Positions 33,713 through 42,926 of a stretch of DNA of 64,000 nucleotides are shown piece after piece. Location of the stretch: positions 32,001 through 96,000 of the forward strand of contig CAWAWS010000019.1 of NCBI GenBank assembly GCA_963785725.1. The letters are read 5' to 3'. This DNA comes from an uncultured delta proteobacterium (lineage in GTDB: Bacteria > Myxococcota_A > Polyangia > Palsa-1104). Positions within the stretch are counted from its first letter, which is position 1; every line of letters begins with the position of its first letter. A program made the position numbers and the translations under genes. Under the pieces are notes generated by a model. That model ran no database searches, had not been told where the DNA came from, and worked only from the letters and a program-made list of their open reading frames with translations.

Positions 33713-34252
33713 TTACTGGTTGGCGCTGGACGGCGGAACGAGCTTCTTCAGACGCAAATAGGTGACGATGTTTCCATAGTGCTCGTTGTCGTGCGCGACA
33801 TTGATATCGAGCGCCGCGAAGCGCGTCAGCTTCTGTCCGAACATCTCCACCGGCTGCGTCAAGGTCGCGTCCGTGGTCGACGCATAGACCGCGTCACAGT
33901 AAGCGAAGCCATCCGCGAGCGCCTTCTGCAGCGCCGCCTTCGTCGTCGCCGTCTTCTCGAAGTCCGGCTTCTTCGCGGTCGTGTCGTGCTTCGCCAGGCT
34001 ACAGAACATCATCTGCGCGTCGGCCACGTGGCCGATGAGCTGCCCGAAGCTGCGCACGTCCGGCGTCGGCTTGAAGCCATACTGGTCGGCCGGCATCTCG
34101 GCCGCCGCGCCGATGAGGAACTTCTTCACGCGCTCGTAGCTGTGCGTGACGGTCTGCGACAGCGGATTGGCGGCGTCGGCCGGCTTCGGCGGATCCGCCA
34201 GCGCCGTCGTGCCCGCGAGAAGCAAACCAGCAGTGACCAGGCTCTTGTGCAT
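33713..34252 (-). CDS. Exported DinB-family protein
   Basis: Signal peptide; AAAEMP..Y.FKPTP.VRSFGQLIGH; HDNEHYGN..TYLR. Confidence 0.85.
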   Translation of the reverse strand: MHKSLVTAGLLLAGTTALADPPKPADAANPLSQTVTHSYERVKKFLIGAAAEMPADQYGFKPTPDVRSFGQLIGHVADAQMMFCSLAKHDTTAKKPDFEKTATTKAALQKALADGFAYCDAVYASTTDATLTQPVEMFGQKLTRFAALDINVAHDNEHYGNIVTYLRLKKLVPPSSANQ

Positions 34253-34358
34253 GTCGATTCTCCTAGAAGATGCGCGCGAAATTAACATGAACCGCTCGGC
34301 CCAACGCGACGTCGGGCGAGCGAGACTGAGTATCGGAGTGGAGTGAAAGTGTTACGCG

Positions 34359-34658
34359 CTAACGGGGCGTAAGCGGTTGTAGCTGGATTTCTTTGGCGAG
34401 GCGCTCGGTGGCTTGGTCGATCTTGCGAAAGGCCGCGTGAAGAGCTCTGGCGTAGCGCTTTCCGGCATCGGTGAGAGTTAGCCGGGCCTTGCCGCGCTCG
34501 ACAAGAGCCACCCCGAGGCGCCGTTCCAGCGTCGATATCAGCTGGCTGACGGCGCTCGGAGTGACGTTGAGCTCCTGGGCCGCTGCGGTTAGGCTCTTCT
34601 GGTGGGCGAGCACATCCAACGCTCGCATCGCCGTGAAGGACAGTCGCAGCTGGCCCAT
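34359..34658 (-). CDS. LysR-type HTH domain only (no effector-binding domain)
   Basis: SLTAAAQELNVTPSAVSQLISTLERRLG..L.ER....LTDAG; stops at 99 aa. Confidence 0.75.
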   Translation of the reverse strand: MGQLRLSFTAMRALDVLAHQKSLTAAAQELNVTPSAVSQLISTLERRLGVALVERGKARLTLTDAGKRYARALHAAFRKIDQATERLAKEIQLQPLTPR

Positions 34659-34671
34659 TGCGCCCCTTTGA

Positions 34672-37600
34672 TTAGAACGACAGACGGACGCCGAATCGCA
34701 TCGACAGCGGCGCCTGGTACGACGTCGCGCGACCGTAGTTCGGGTTGAGCGTCACCGCGTTGCCGCTGACCGTCTTCAGGTTCACGAGGTCGGCAATCGT
34801 GCCGCCGATGATCGGGCGAACCGCCGAGGTCGTGTACTGCTCGTCGACCGTGGCAACCGCCTGCTCGTTGAACAAGTTGAAGACGTCCGCGTAGGCCTCG
34901 AAGGTGAAGATCTTCGAGATCTGGCGGCGATACTGCGCATGCAGGTCGAACTGCGTGGTGAAGGGCGTACGACCGCCCGAGCCACGCGGCAGGACGTAGG
35001 TCTCGTCCGGGCCGTAGAAGGCGTGGCTGCCGAGGACCTCGATCGGGCTACCCGACAAGCCGTTGAACGCGAGACCGAGGACGACCGTGTTGTCGCCGAA
35101 CGGAATGAAGTACGAGCCCTGGACCTTGATGTTGTGCGGATGGTCGTTCGGCAGCGGACCATTGCGGTTGATGAGCAGCTCGCGCAAGTCGTACTGCGTC
35201 GAGATGTTCGGGTCGAGCTGGCCGTTCGAGGCCTGGAACAAGCCCGGGTAGTTACCGACCGTGCGCGAGTACGTGTACGACGCCAACAGCAGGAAGTTGT
35301 GCGAGAGGCGCTTCTGGGCCGTGAGGACCATGGCGTCGTAGTTACGAACCGGCTTCGGGAAGCCCGAGCCGACGTTCTTGTACTCGGCGAGCTGCTGCTG
35401 AAGGTTGGCGCGCGGGCAGCCCGGGCCACCGATGCTGCTGCAGGTCGACGGATCCGGCGCCGTGGCGCTGATCTTGTTCTCGAGCTTCTTGACTTCGCCT
35501 TCGTCGACGCCGCTGCCGGGGTTGGCAACGAGGTACGTGTTACCGCCGTCCGGCGAGACGTCCTCGATGATGCGGCCGAGGTCGCGATGGATGTACGTCG
35601 CGCCGAGGACCATGTCGAGACCCACGTCGTACTGCACGCCGGCGACGACTTCTTCCGAGAACTGGCCCTTCAGGTCGGGAGCCACGATGCCGTTGGTGCC
35701 GCCCGAGATGCGGTTGTTGGTGACCATCGGCTGCGGGCAGCTCGCCGGGTTGAGGCGCGCGCCCTGGACGAAGCCGGCGCAGGTGTTGCCGAGCGAGTAG
35801 TTGGCGATGAGGCCTTCCTGGCCGAACTCGCGGTCGTTGATGTCGAGCGGGATCGACTCGTAGAAGCGGCCGTAGCTGGCGAAGATCTTCGACCGGCCCT
35901 TACGCGTCCAGTCGTAGACGACGCCGACGCGCGGCGCCCAGTTGTCGTAGATGCCGATGAACGTCTTGCCCGTCGAGTCCTGCGCCTGCTGACCTTCCCA
36001 GCGGACGCCGGCGTTGACCGTCAAGCCGGGGACGAAGCCGACGTTGTACGAATCGCGGAGGTAGGCGCCGTAGTTGAGCGTGCTCGTCGTCGGGGCGAGG
36101 CCGCCCGGCAACAGCATACCGGGGCCGTTGTCGCCGTTCGCGTTAATCTTGTGCGCGTACTCGCGGTAGATCTCCGGGTCCGGATCGTCGGGCGTGATGG
36201 TGTAAAGCGGACCGCCCGAGTAACCACGCTGGTCCTTGTAGATGTTGTCTTCGAAGTCGGCGCCGATCTTCAACGCGTGCGTACCACCGAGGCGCGCGAA
36301 GTAGGTGGCCGAGGCCGCCGCCGAGACGCGCTGGTTGGTCGTGTGATTGATGTAGCCGTAGCCGTTGTCCTGGTAGTTGAGGACCGGGCAGGGGTTGAAG
36401 TTCGGCGTCGCCGGGTTGATCGCGCAAGGCGTGACGCTCGGCTCGAAGTAGGCGAGCGGCTCGGTGACCTGGTAGATGACGGCCGAGTTCTGACCCGCCG
36501 GCGGCGTCGTCGTGCGCGCGTCTTCATAGTGGTAACCGACGAGGACGTCGACCTGGAGGCGGCGATCGAGGAGCTTCGACACGAAGTGGATCTGCGCGTC
36601 GTGCGTGTTGTCGAACACGTGCGCGAGCGCGGCCGCCGCCGAGCCGTTCAACGTGCCGAGGAGGCCGTCGGTCGTCGCCGGGCTGCCGATGTACTGGATG
36701 CTCAAGCTGTTGTTGGCGTTGAGCTGGAAGTTGAACTTCGCGATCCAGTTGTAGAGGCGCTTGTCGTACGAGTAGTGCGTGTCGTACGCGCTGCCGAGGT
36801 TCTGCATGTTGTAGCCCGGCGACGTGCAGAGGCGCTTGTCGAGGTACTCCGGGCACGTGATCGGCGCGAGGTCACCGCCGTACGGGGTGGTCGAGCCGGC
36901 CGGCATGTCGGCGTCGGTGCGCTCGCGGAGCGAACGAACCGTGTCGTAGCTGGTGAAGGTCGGCGCGAAACCAACGTAGAACCAGACCTTGTCCTTGACG
37001 ATCGGGCCACCCAAGTCGAAGCCGAAGTCGAGGCCGTACTTCTCTTTCGTGCGGCTGTAGATGGCTTCGCCCGAGCGACCGACGATCTTCGGCTCGAGCT
37101 GGAACGGCGTGGCGTACAGCCACAAACCGCCGTGGAACTGGTTCGAGCCCGACTTCGTGATGACGTTGACGACGCCGCCCGTGGCGCGGCCGTACTCGGC
37201 GTTGTAACCGCCGGTGATGAGCTCCGTCTCGCCGACGAACTCGAGGGTCAGCTGCGTACCGACGAGGCCGAAGGCCGGGTTGGTCGAGTTGACGCCGTCG
37301 ATGAGGTAGTTGTTCTCGGGACCGGTCGCGCCCGAGAAGCTGATGCTGGCGCCCTTGCCGATGCCGGCTTCGCCGGTACCCTGGGCGGCGCCCGGCGCCA
37401 TCGCCATGATCGCGTCGTACGTACGACCCTGAACCGGCGTGTTGCGGATCAGCTCGCTCGTGACCGTCGTCTGCTGCTGCGTGTTGCCGACGTCGACGGT
37501 CGGCGCCTTCTCGACGATGCGGTAGGTCTTGACCTCCGCCTTCTGCGTCGGGAACGTGATGTTGACCGGCAGCGTCTTATCGGACTGCAGGAAGATGCCG

Positions 37601-37896
37601 GGGCGCTCGACGTTGATGTCCGAGAAGTAGAAGCGAACGAGGTACTCGCCGGGGGGCAGCTCGGTGATGATGTAGTGGCCGCCCGCGTCGGTGAACTCCG
37701 TCTGCTCGCCCTGCAGTGCCGGCGAGGTGACGGTGACGGTGACGCCGGCGAGCTTCTTGCCGGTCGCTTGATCGGTGACGACGCCCTCGATGTTACCGGT
37801 TACGTCGGCGTGCGCGGTCGCGGGGATGAGCAGAACCCCCAAGAGCGCGGGCAACGCCCAGGCGAGCAGGCGGGTCTTCAGAATGGAGGCTTTCAT
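34672..37896 (-). CDS. TonB-dependent receptor, Oar-like
   Basis: Signal peptide; carboxypeptidase-regulatory-like N domain; plug NNYLIDG..AEYGRATGGVVNVITKSG; C-terminal RFGVRLSF. Confidence 0.92.
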   Translation of the reverse strand: MKASILKTRLLAWALPALLGVLLIPATAHADVTGNIEGVVTDQATGKKLAGVTVTVTSPALQGEQTEFTDAGGHYIITELPPGEYLVRFYFSDINVERPGIFLQSDKTLPVNITFPTQKAEVKTYRIVEKAPTVDVGNTQQQTTVTSELIRNTPVQGRTYDAIMAMAPGAAQGTGEAGIGKGASISFSGATGPENNYLIDGVNSTNPAFGLVGTQLTLEFVGETELITGGYNAEYGRATGGVVNVITKSGSNQFHGGLWLYATPFQLEPKIVGRSGEAIYSRTKEKYGLDFGFDLGGPIVKDKVWFYVGFAPTFTSYDTVRSLRERTDADMPAGSTTPYGGDLAPITCPEYLDKRLCTSPGYNMQNLGSAYDTHYSYDKRLYNWIAKFNFQLNANNSLSIQYIGSPATTDGLLGTLNGSAAAALAHVFDNTHDAQIHFVSKLLDRRLQVDVLVGYHYEDARTTTPPAGQNSAVIYQVTEPLAYFEPSVTPCAINPATPNFNPCPVLNYQDNGYGYINHTTNQRVSAAASATYFARLGGTHALKIGADFEDNIYKDQRGYSGGPLYTITPDDPDPEIYREYAHKINANGDNGPGMLLPGGLAPTTSTLNYGAYLRDSYNVGFVPGLTVNAGVRWEGQQAQDSTGKTFIGIYDNWAPRVGVVYDWTRKGRSKIFASYGRFYESIPLDINDREFGQEGLIANYSLGNTCAGFVQGARLNPASCPQPMVTNNRISGGTNGIVAPDLKGQFSEEVVAGVQYDVGLDMVLGATYIHRDLGRIIEDVSPDGGNTYLVANPGSGVDEGEVKKLENKISATAPDPSTCSSIGGPGCPRANLQQQLAEYKNVGSGFPKPVRNYDAMVLTAQKRLSHNFLLLASYTYSRTVGNYPGLFQASNGQLDPNISTQYDLRELLINRNGPLPNDHPHNIKVQGSYFIPFGDNTVVLGLAFNGLSGSPIEVLGSHAFYGPDETYVLPRGSGGRTPFTTQFDLHAQYRRQISKIFTFEAYADVFNLFNEQAVATVDEQYTTSAVRPIIGGTIADLVNLKTVSGNAVTLNPNYGRATSYQAPLSMRFGVRLSF

Positions 37897-39080
37897 TTGC
37901 ACTGCTCCGGGGTGACGTGGTTCGCGACCGCGATCGGATCCATCGTCGGGTCGGTCGTGTCAGAACCAGCGACCGTGAAGACGATCGGGTCCGAGGTGAA
38001 GACCGGACCAGCGCCGCCCAAACCCTTGGCGTTGATCACGATCGAGTAATCGCCGGCCGGCCAATCGGCCGGCACGCGCGTAGCGCCAGTGCCCGAGGTG
38101 TAAACGAGGTTGAGCGTGAGCGTATCCTGCGCCGCGGCGCACATCGTCGGATCCGCGCCACGATCGTCGTAGGCTTCGATGGCGGCCGGATTGAAGCCGG
38201 CAGCGGTGCTCGTCGACGACGGATCGATCGTCACCGTCGTCTCGTCCACGGACTCCCAGAAGGGATACTGAACGACGTCGTTCGGCGCGATCGTCGCCAT
38301 GCCCGCGGCCGAGTAGTCGCCGTCGCCGCCGAGGTTCGGCGTCAGATCCTCCGTCGTGAACTTGAAATCGGTCGGGTCGCCGAGGGGCGCGCCGCTGGCG
38401 TCCGTGACCGCCTCACCCTGTTCGCTCTTCAACTGCGAGGTATGCAGGCGAATCGTATAGGTCGTGCTGGGATTCAGCGGACCGAGGGGATTGGTCACGA
38501 TCGCCGGGCCGAACGGGATCCAGATGACGTCCGACGTAAACGTCGACGCGCCCTCGTTGTCCCAAAATCCGGTGATCGGGAAGTTGGTGCCATCCGGATT
38601 GAGGAGCTCGAGGATGCCCGGGTTGAGCGACATCTGCTGGCCCGGGAGCTGGGCGCCGTTCGCGTCGACCTTGATCGTCTCGATGTTGGGATTGAGCTGC
38701 TTATTGAAGACGACGCGAATCGCGGTGTTGTCGCCGTTGAGCTGCACGCCAGTGCTCGGTACCTTGAGCGGGTCGACGCAGAAGCCGTCCGAATGGCAGG
38801 TGAGATCCGGAAAGGTCTGCGCGATCAGGAACTGGGTCACGCACGGATTGTTGACGGCGCAAGCCACCTGAGGGGTGTTGTCGAGCAAGTCGGTGATGGC
38901 GGCGCGCTGCGCCGGCGGACCGCCAACGAAGGCGTAGTCCTGGATGGTCAAGCGCGTAAGCTTAGGACCGCCTTTGGGAGGGGGTGTTTGCCCCAACGTC
39001 AGGTCGGAGCAGCCCGACCCCGCTGTCAGCGACGCCGCCAACAGCGCCATTAGTGGGATGTTTCCGAACTGCGTTCGCAT
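37893..39080 (-). CDS. Lipoprotein with Ig-like (Big_5-like) domain, coupled to the Oar-like gene
   Basis: Lipobox GSGC; IRVVFNKQL...LNPSTTYTI...FKFTT; ATGA overlap with the receptor. Confidence 0.75.
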   Translation of the reverse strand: MRTQFGNIPLMALLAASLTAGSGCSDLTLGQTPPPKGGPKLTRLTIQDYAFVGGPPAQRAAITDLLDNTPQVACAVNNPCVTQFLIAQTFPDLTCHSDGFCVDPLKVPSTGVQLNGDNTAIRVVFNKQLNPNIETIKVDANGAQLPGQQMSLNPGILELLNPDGTNFPITGFWDNEGASTFTSDVIWIPFGPAIVTNPLGPLNPSTTYTIRLHTSQLKSEQGEAVTDASGAPLGDPTDFKFTTEDLTPNLGGDGDYSAAGMATIAPNDVVQYPFWESVDETTVTIDPSSTSTAAGFNPAAIEAYDDRGADPTMCAAAQDTLTLNLVYTSGTGATRVPADWPAGDYSIVINAKGLGGAGPVFTSDPIVFTVAGSDTTDPTMDPIAVANHVTPEQCK

Positions 39081-39295
39081 GCTCGCTCCTTAGGCAATCT
39101 AATCCCGTCGCCGTGGCTGCCCCGCCACGGACGCGCGTCGCGCCCCGCTCTCCGATCGACGTCTCGATCGGCCGCGCACTCGCCATTCCAACACCGCGTC
39201 TACTTGCCCCCTGGCTTGCGTTCGCGGCGTTCTTTTTTTCGATCGGCTCCTTTACAAGAGACCGATCATATGCTCGTCATCGGCATAACCCTGAG

Positions 39296-40339
39296 TCAGG
39301 CGCACGGCCATCCTACTGGCGATGCGCCGGTCGTCAACAACTTCTCGCCATGACCGTAATGACAAAAGCGTGTGCCGCACCGCATCGGATCCGGCGTGCA
39401 TAGCTCGTAGACATACGCCGTCCCGTCGCTGTTGCAGGTGAAAGGCACCCCCGGCGGCGGCACGTCGAGCGGGCAATCGTAGCCGCGACAAAACTGGCAG
39501 CCGCCGCCGTCGCAGGTGTTGTCGACCGTGGCGAGCACAGTGTCGGGATAGTCGTAGAGGCCCCAAAAGCTCGCACAGGCATAGTTCTGCAGCTCTTGTT
39601 GCGTCACTGCATCGCTGCTCAACGTCATCGTTACAGCGGTGCTCAAAGGCAGCTCCGCTGCCGGAGTTACCGTCGCTGTGGGAAAGCACAAGTCGGTGAA
39701 GTGACCGACCGAGTCGAAGTGGCCGCAGTCGAAGAAGCTGGGCGCCTTCAGCGTCGGGCGCTGCACGAGACTGAAGCCGGTCGTCGACGGGAAAAGGTCG
39801 AGATAGAGGCTGGGATCGGCCGGATGGCCCGCGGCGAGGAAGAAGAGATCTACATTTGTAATCGCGCCCAACACGCGATCGGGGGAGTTTTCATTGGTGC
39901 TCGGGACGAGGTCGAGCTGACCATTCCCGTTATTGTCGGCGAACGCGAGAATCGTCCCTAATGCGTAACGGGTCGACGGATCGAGCCCGCTCGCCGGAAC
40001 CGCGCCGTTCAATGGCGCCACCGAATGAATGGCCGGCGCCGGCGGCAGCGCATTGAGACCGAGCGTAAATGTCGTCAGATCCTTATCGAGGACGCCGAGC
40101 TGGCCGGCATAGCTGCTGGCGCCGTCGCGATCGTTTTGCCACAAGACCACGATGCTGACCGGCGTCGTCGTGGGATTGGGTGTCGAATAGGCGACGTTGC
40201 CGTCGAGCGTGACGTACGGCGGCGCATAATCTCCCGTCGCCAGCGGATCGCCGCAGCCGGCCACGAACAGGCCGGCGACAGTGACCGCTAAGGGCTGCGG
40301 AAAGAGCTGCTTCATCTTTGTCGGCACACTAGACACCAT
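39296..40339 (-). CDS. Lipoprotein with Cys-rich C-terminus
   Basis: Lipobox VAGC; DNNGNGQLD Ca-loop-like motif; last gene of the ECF/caspase run. Start may be 40315. Confidence 0.7.
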   Translation of the reverse strand: MVSSVPTKMKQLFPQPLAVTVAGLFVAGCGDPLATGDYAPPYVTLDGNVAYSTPNPTTTPVSIVVLWQNDRDGASSYAGQLGVLDKDLTTFTLGLNALPPAPAIHSVAPLNGAVPASGLDPSTRYALGTILAFADNNGNGQLDLVPSTNENSPDRVLGAITNVDLFFLAAGHPADPSLYLDLFPSTTGFSLVQRPTLKAPSFFDCGHFDSVGHFTDLCFPTATVTPAAELPLSTAVTMTLSSDAVTQQELQNYACASFWGLYDYPDTVLATVDNTCDGGGCQFCRGYDCPLDVPPPGVPFTCNSDGTAYVYELCTPDPMRCGTRFCHYGHGEKLLTTGASPVGWPCA

Positions 40340-40367
40340 GTCGCGAAAAAGGCGGCAATCGTTTTTT

Positions 40368-42015
40368 TCAGAAATAGACCCCTAATCCCAGCCCCGTTTG
40401 ATAGGTGGCCGCGGTCGTGGTGGACTGTTTGTTTCCGTCAGTGGTTCGCATGAAATAAGTCAGCCCAGCCACTTCCAGTCGCACATACAAACGGTGTGGG
40501 AGCGGCACTTCGAGCTGCCCGACGACACCCGCGAACGGCGCTGGCGCGCTGCGGCTCGGCGTCGCGGCCATGATCGTCGACGGTGGGTCGTGAAAGGCTT
40601 GCAGGAACGCGGCGACGCCGACCTCGAGCCCGGCGTCGAGCGTGACCGGTCCGAGGTCGAACGCGCGAATGGCATCGACGGCGGCGGAGAGCTCGCGCGT
40701 GTCGATGGTCCAGCGCGTGTTTTGCCGCGTGGAGCTCGAGAAACCGAGGCGAAACTCGAGCGAAATCTGCCGTAAATCGACGCGCGCGCCGAGCTCGGTG
40801 CGCCACGCGGTGCCGAGGCCGGCGATGTCGCCGCGCGCGCCGCCGTCGGCGAACAGCGAGCCCGAGAGGCGGCGCTCGGTGCCGCCTTTGCGGACGACGC
40901 GCGCATAGTCGATTCGCGCCATTACTTTCGGCTCTACTAAGGTGACCTTCTGCGCGCTGACGTCGAAGCGGCCCTGCTCGAGATAGTCGATGTCGCGGCG
41001 CGTAACGAAGTAGCGGCCGGCGTCGAGCGCGATGCGCGCGCCGCCATCGCTGGCGGCGATCTCGGCGACGACCGGGCCGTCGGTGCTGCTCTTGTGGACG
41101 CTATAGACGCCCGCTCGCGCGAACGCCAGCGTGCCGACGTCGCGATGCTCGGCGCCGGGGCGCGTCAGAATCGAATCTTCGCGACCGCCGAGGTCGAGGC
41201 GAAACGTCGGGTGCTGCGGGCCGGCCAGCGTGCGCGACGTCGTGGCCAGCGTGCGCTCTTTGGCGTAGGCGAAGGCTTCGCCGAGCGTCACGGCGCCGTC
41301 ACGATTGGTGTCGCCGGCGCCGAGCAGCGCCGAGACCAACGCGTGCGTGAAGAACGAAGCGCCGAGCGCGTCCGATTCCTGCGAGCTCTCACCGGCGGCG
41401 CTCGACGACAGCATGGCCACGCCGGTGGCGCCGATGGGAAACGACAGATCGATGTCGAAGGCGGCGGCGGGCGTGCCGCCTTTGACGCGCGTCATCGCGC
41501 CCGAGCGGCAGGCGTCGAGCGCGAGCACGCGCGCCGTCGCCGACGAGCCGGTGACGAGGTCGCGCAGCTCGTCGATGCCGAGGTGGGAGCCGTCGAGGTG
41601 CAGCGCGCCGGCGTCGGCGTGGCCCGAATAATAGACGAACATGAGCGAATCGCCGCCCAGCTGACGCACGCGCGCGTTGATGGCGATGAGCGCGCGCCGC
41701 ACCTCCGAGGCGCGCAGAATCGACGAGCGAGATGACGTTTTCGGGCTGGAATCCGCCGAGCGTGCGCAGCACGCCGCCGACGCGGGCCGCGTCCGATTCG
41801 GCGTAGTGCAAGACGACCTCATCGGCGTCGCCGTGGTTGTTGCCGATGACGACGGCGAAGCGGTTGGGCTCGGCGCCGGCGTTCGAAGCGACGGCGACGA
41901 CGCCGGCGAGCACGACGAGCAGCGCGAGCCGGCCCGGCCCGCGCCCTCGCCTGGCGGCGCGACGGAGGGCGAGCCACTGCCGAATGCGCGCCCGCGTCGT
42001 CCGCAAACGCGTCAT
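40368..42015 (-). CDS. Exported caspase-like peptidase (C14) with C-terminal beta-barrel-like region (frameshift near 41725)
   Basis: Signal peptide ending NAGA; RFAVVIGNN; YYSGHA (His); LDACRSG (Cys); ESDALGASFFT; ends GLGLGVYF. Confidence 0.85.
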
Positions 42016-42791
42016 GGTCCGCTCGTCTTCTCCATCATCCAATCGCTCTCGGCGCAGCCGGGCAAGTGTAGCTCGCCGGTGCGATGGGGATCGCGCGCCG
42101 CTTCGGTGAGCCGGGCGCGCGCGGCGTCGACGGCGTCGGCCACCGACTGCTCGCGCGGGCACAACAGCGCGACGACGCGCTCGGCGCCGGGCGTGGCGTC
42201 GAGCACGATGCTGCCCGGCATCGGCTGGCGCACGCCGCTCGGCACGTGTAGCCCGCGACCGCCGTCGGCGACATAGACCGAGACTTTGCCGGCGGCATCG
42301 AGGCCGAGCACGACGACGTCGCCCTCTTGGCCCGTCGAGAGCACGAAGCGCACGGCGTCGCCCGGATGCACGACGCCGCCCGGCGCGAGCTCGACGACGC
42401 GCCCATCCGCCTGCCGCGCCACGACCGACAATTCCAGCGGCAGCGCCTGGCCTTTGGTGCGCTCGTGACCGCCGGGCTTACGCCACATCGGCAGCAGCAC
42501 GACGAGCGCCAACATCGCCGCCGCGGCCGCGAACGTCTGCGTCGTGCGCACAATCGTTCGGCGCCACAAGCGCCGGCGCAGCTTACGCGGTCCGTCGGCC
42601 AGCACCAGCGCGGCGCGCACGTTGAGCCGGCGCAGCTCGGCCAGCCGCTGCGTGCACAGCGCGCACGTCGCCAGGTGCGTCTCGACGGTGGCGCGGGTGG
42701 TCGGCGCGCCGGCGACGATCCGGTCGAGCGTCAGATCGGACAGACAGCTGGGCGGACGACGCCGCCTTCCAAAGCTCATCGGCTCGATCAT
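42012..42791 (-). CDS. Zinc-finger (ZAS) anti-sigma-like membrane protein with a DUF4384/ActD-like outer domain
   Basis: HLATCALC (HxxxCxxC), one TM helix, ERTKG linker, VHPGDAVRF...SIVLDATPGAERV. Confidence 0.8.
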   Translation of the reverse strand: MIEPMSFGRRRRPPSCLSDLTLDRIVAGAPTTRATVETHLATCALCTQRLAELRRLNVRAALVLADGPRKLRRRLWRRTIVRTTQTFAAAAAMLALVVLLPMWRKPGGHERTKGQALPLELSVVARQADGRVVELAPGGVVHPGDAVRFVLSTGQEGDVVVLGLDAAGKVSVYVADGGRGLHVPSGVRQPMPGSIVLDATPGAERVVALLCPREQSVADAVDAARARLTEAARDPHRTGELHLPGCAESDWMMEKTSGP

Positions 42792-42926
42792 CGCGAGCAA
42801 TCTCCTCGGCACAGCCTCGGCGCTGCGGCTCGCTTCACTCCGTTCCGCTCGTCGATTTTCACGAGCAATCTCCTCGGCACAGCCTCGGCGCTGCGGCTCG
42901 CTTCACTCCGTTCCGCTCGTCGATCA
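42784..42926 (-). repeat. Tandem 68-bp-period repeat (two identical 63-bp cores), MIRU-like, each encoding a coupled mini-ORF
   Basis: Cores 42794-42856 and 42862-42924 are identical; TCGATCA occurs at 42784 and 42920, 136 bp apart; mini-ORFs at 42927-42859 and 42862-42788. Confidence 0.92.

Noticed and set aside
39228..39270. Intrinsic terminator for the caspase operon
   Set aside because: On the coding (minus) strand the hairpin is followed by an A-run, not a U-run.
40368..42015. Anti-phage caspase/gasdermin defence system
   Set aside because: The caspase is exported, and no gasdermin, TIR or STAND NTPase partner is adjacent.
42794..42924. CRISPR array
   Set aside because: Only two 63-bp copies separated by 5 bp, no unique spacers and no cas genes.
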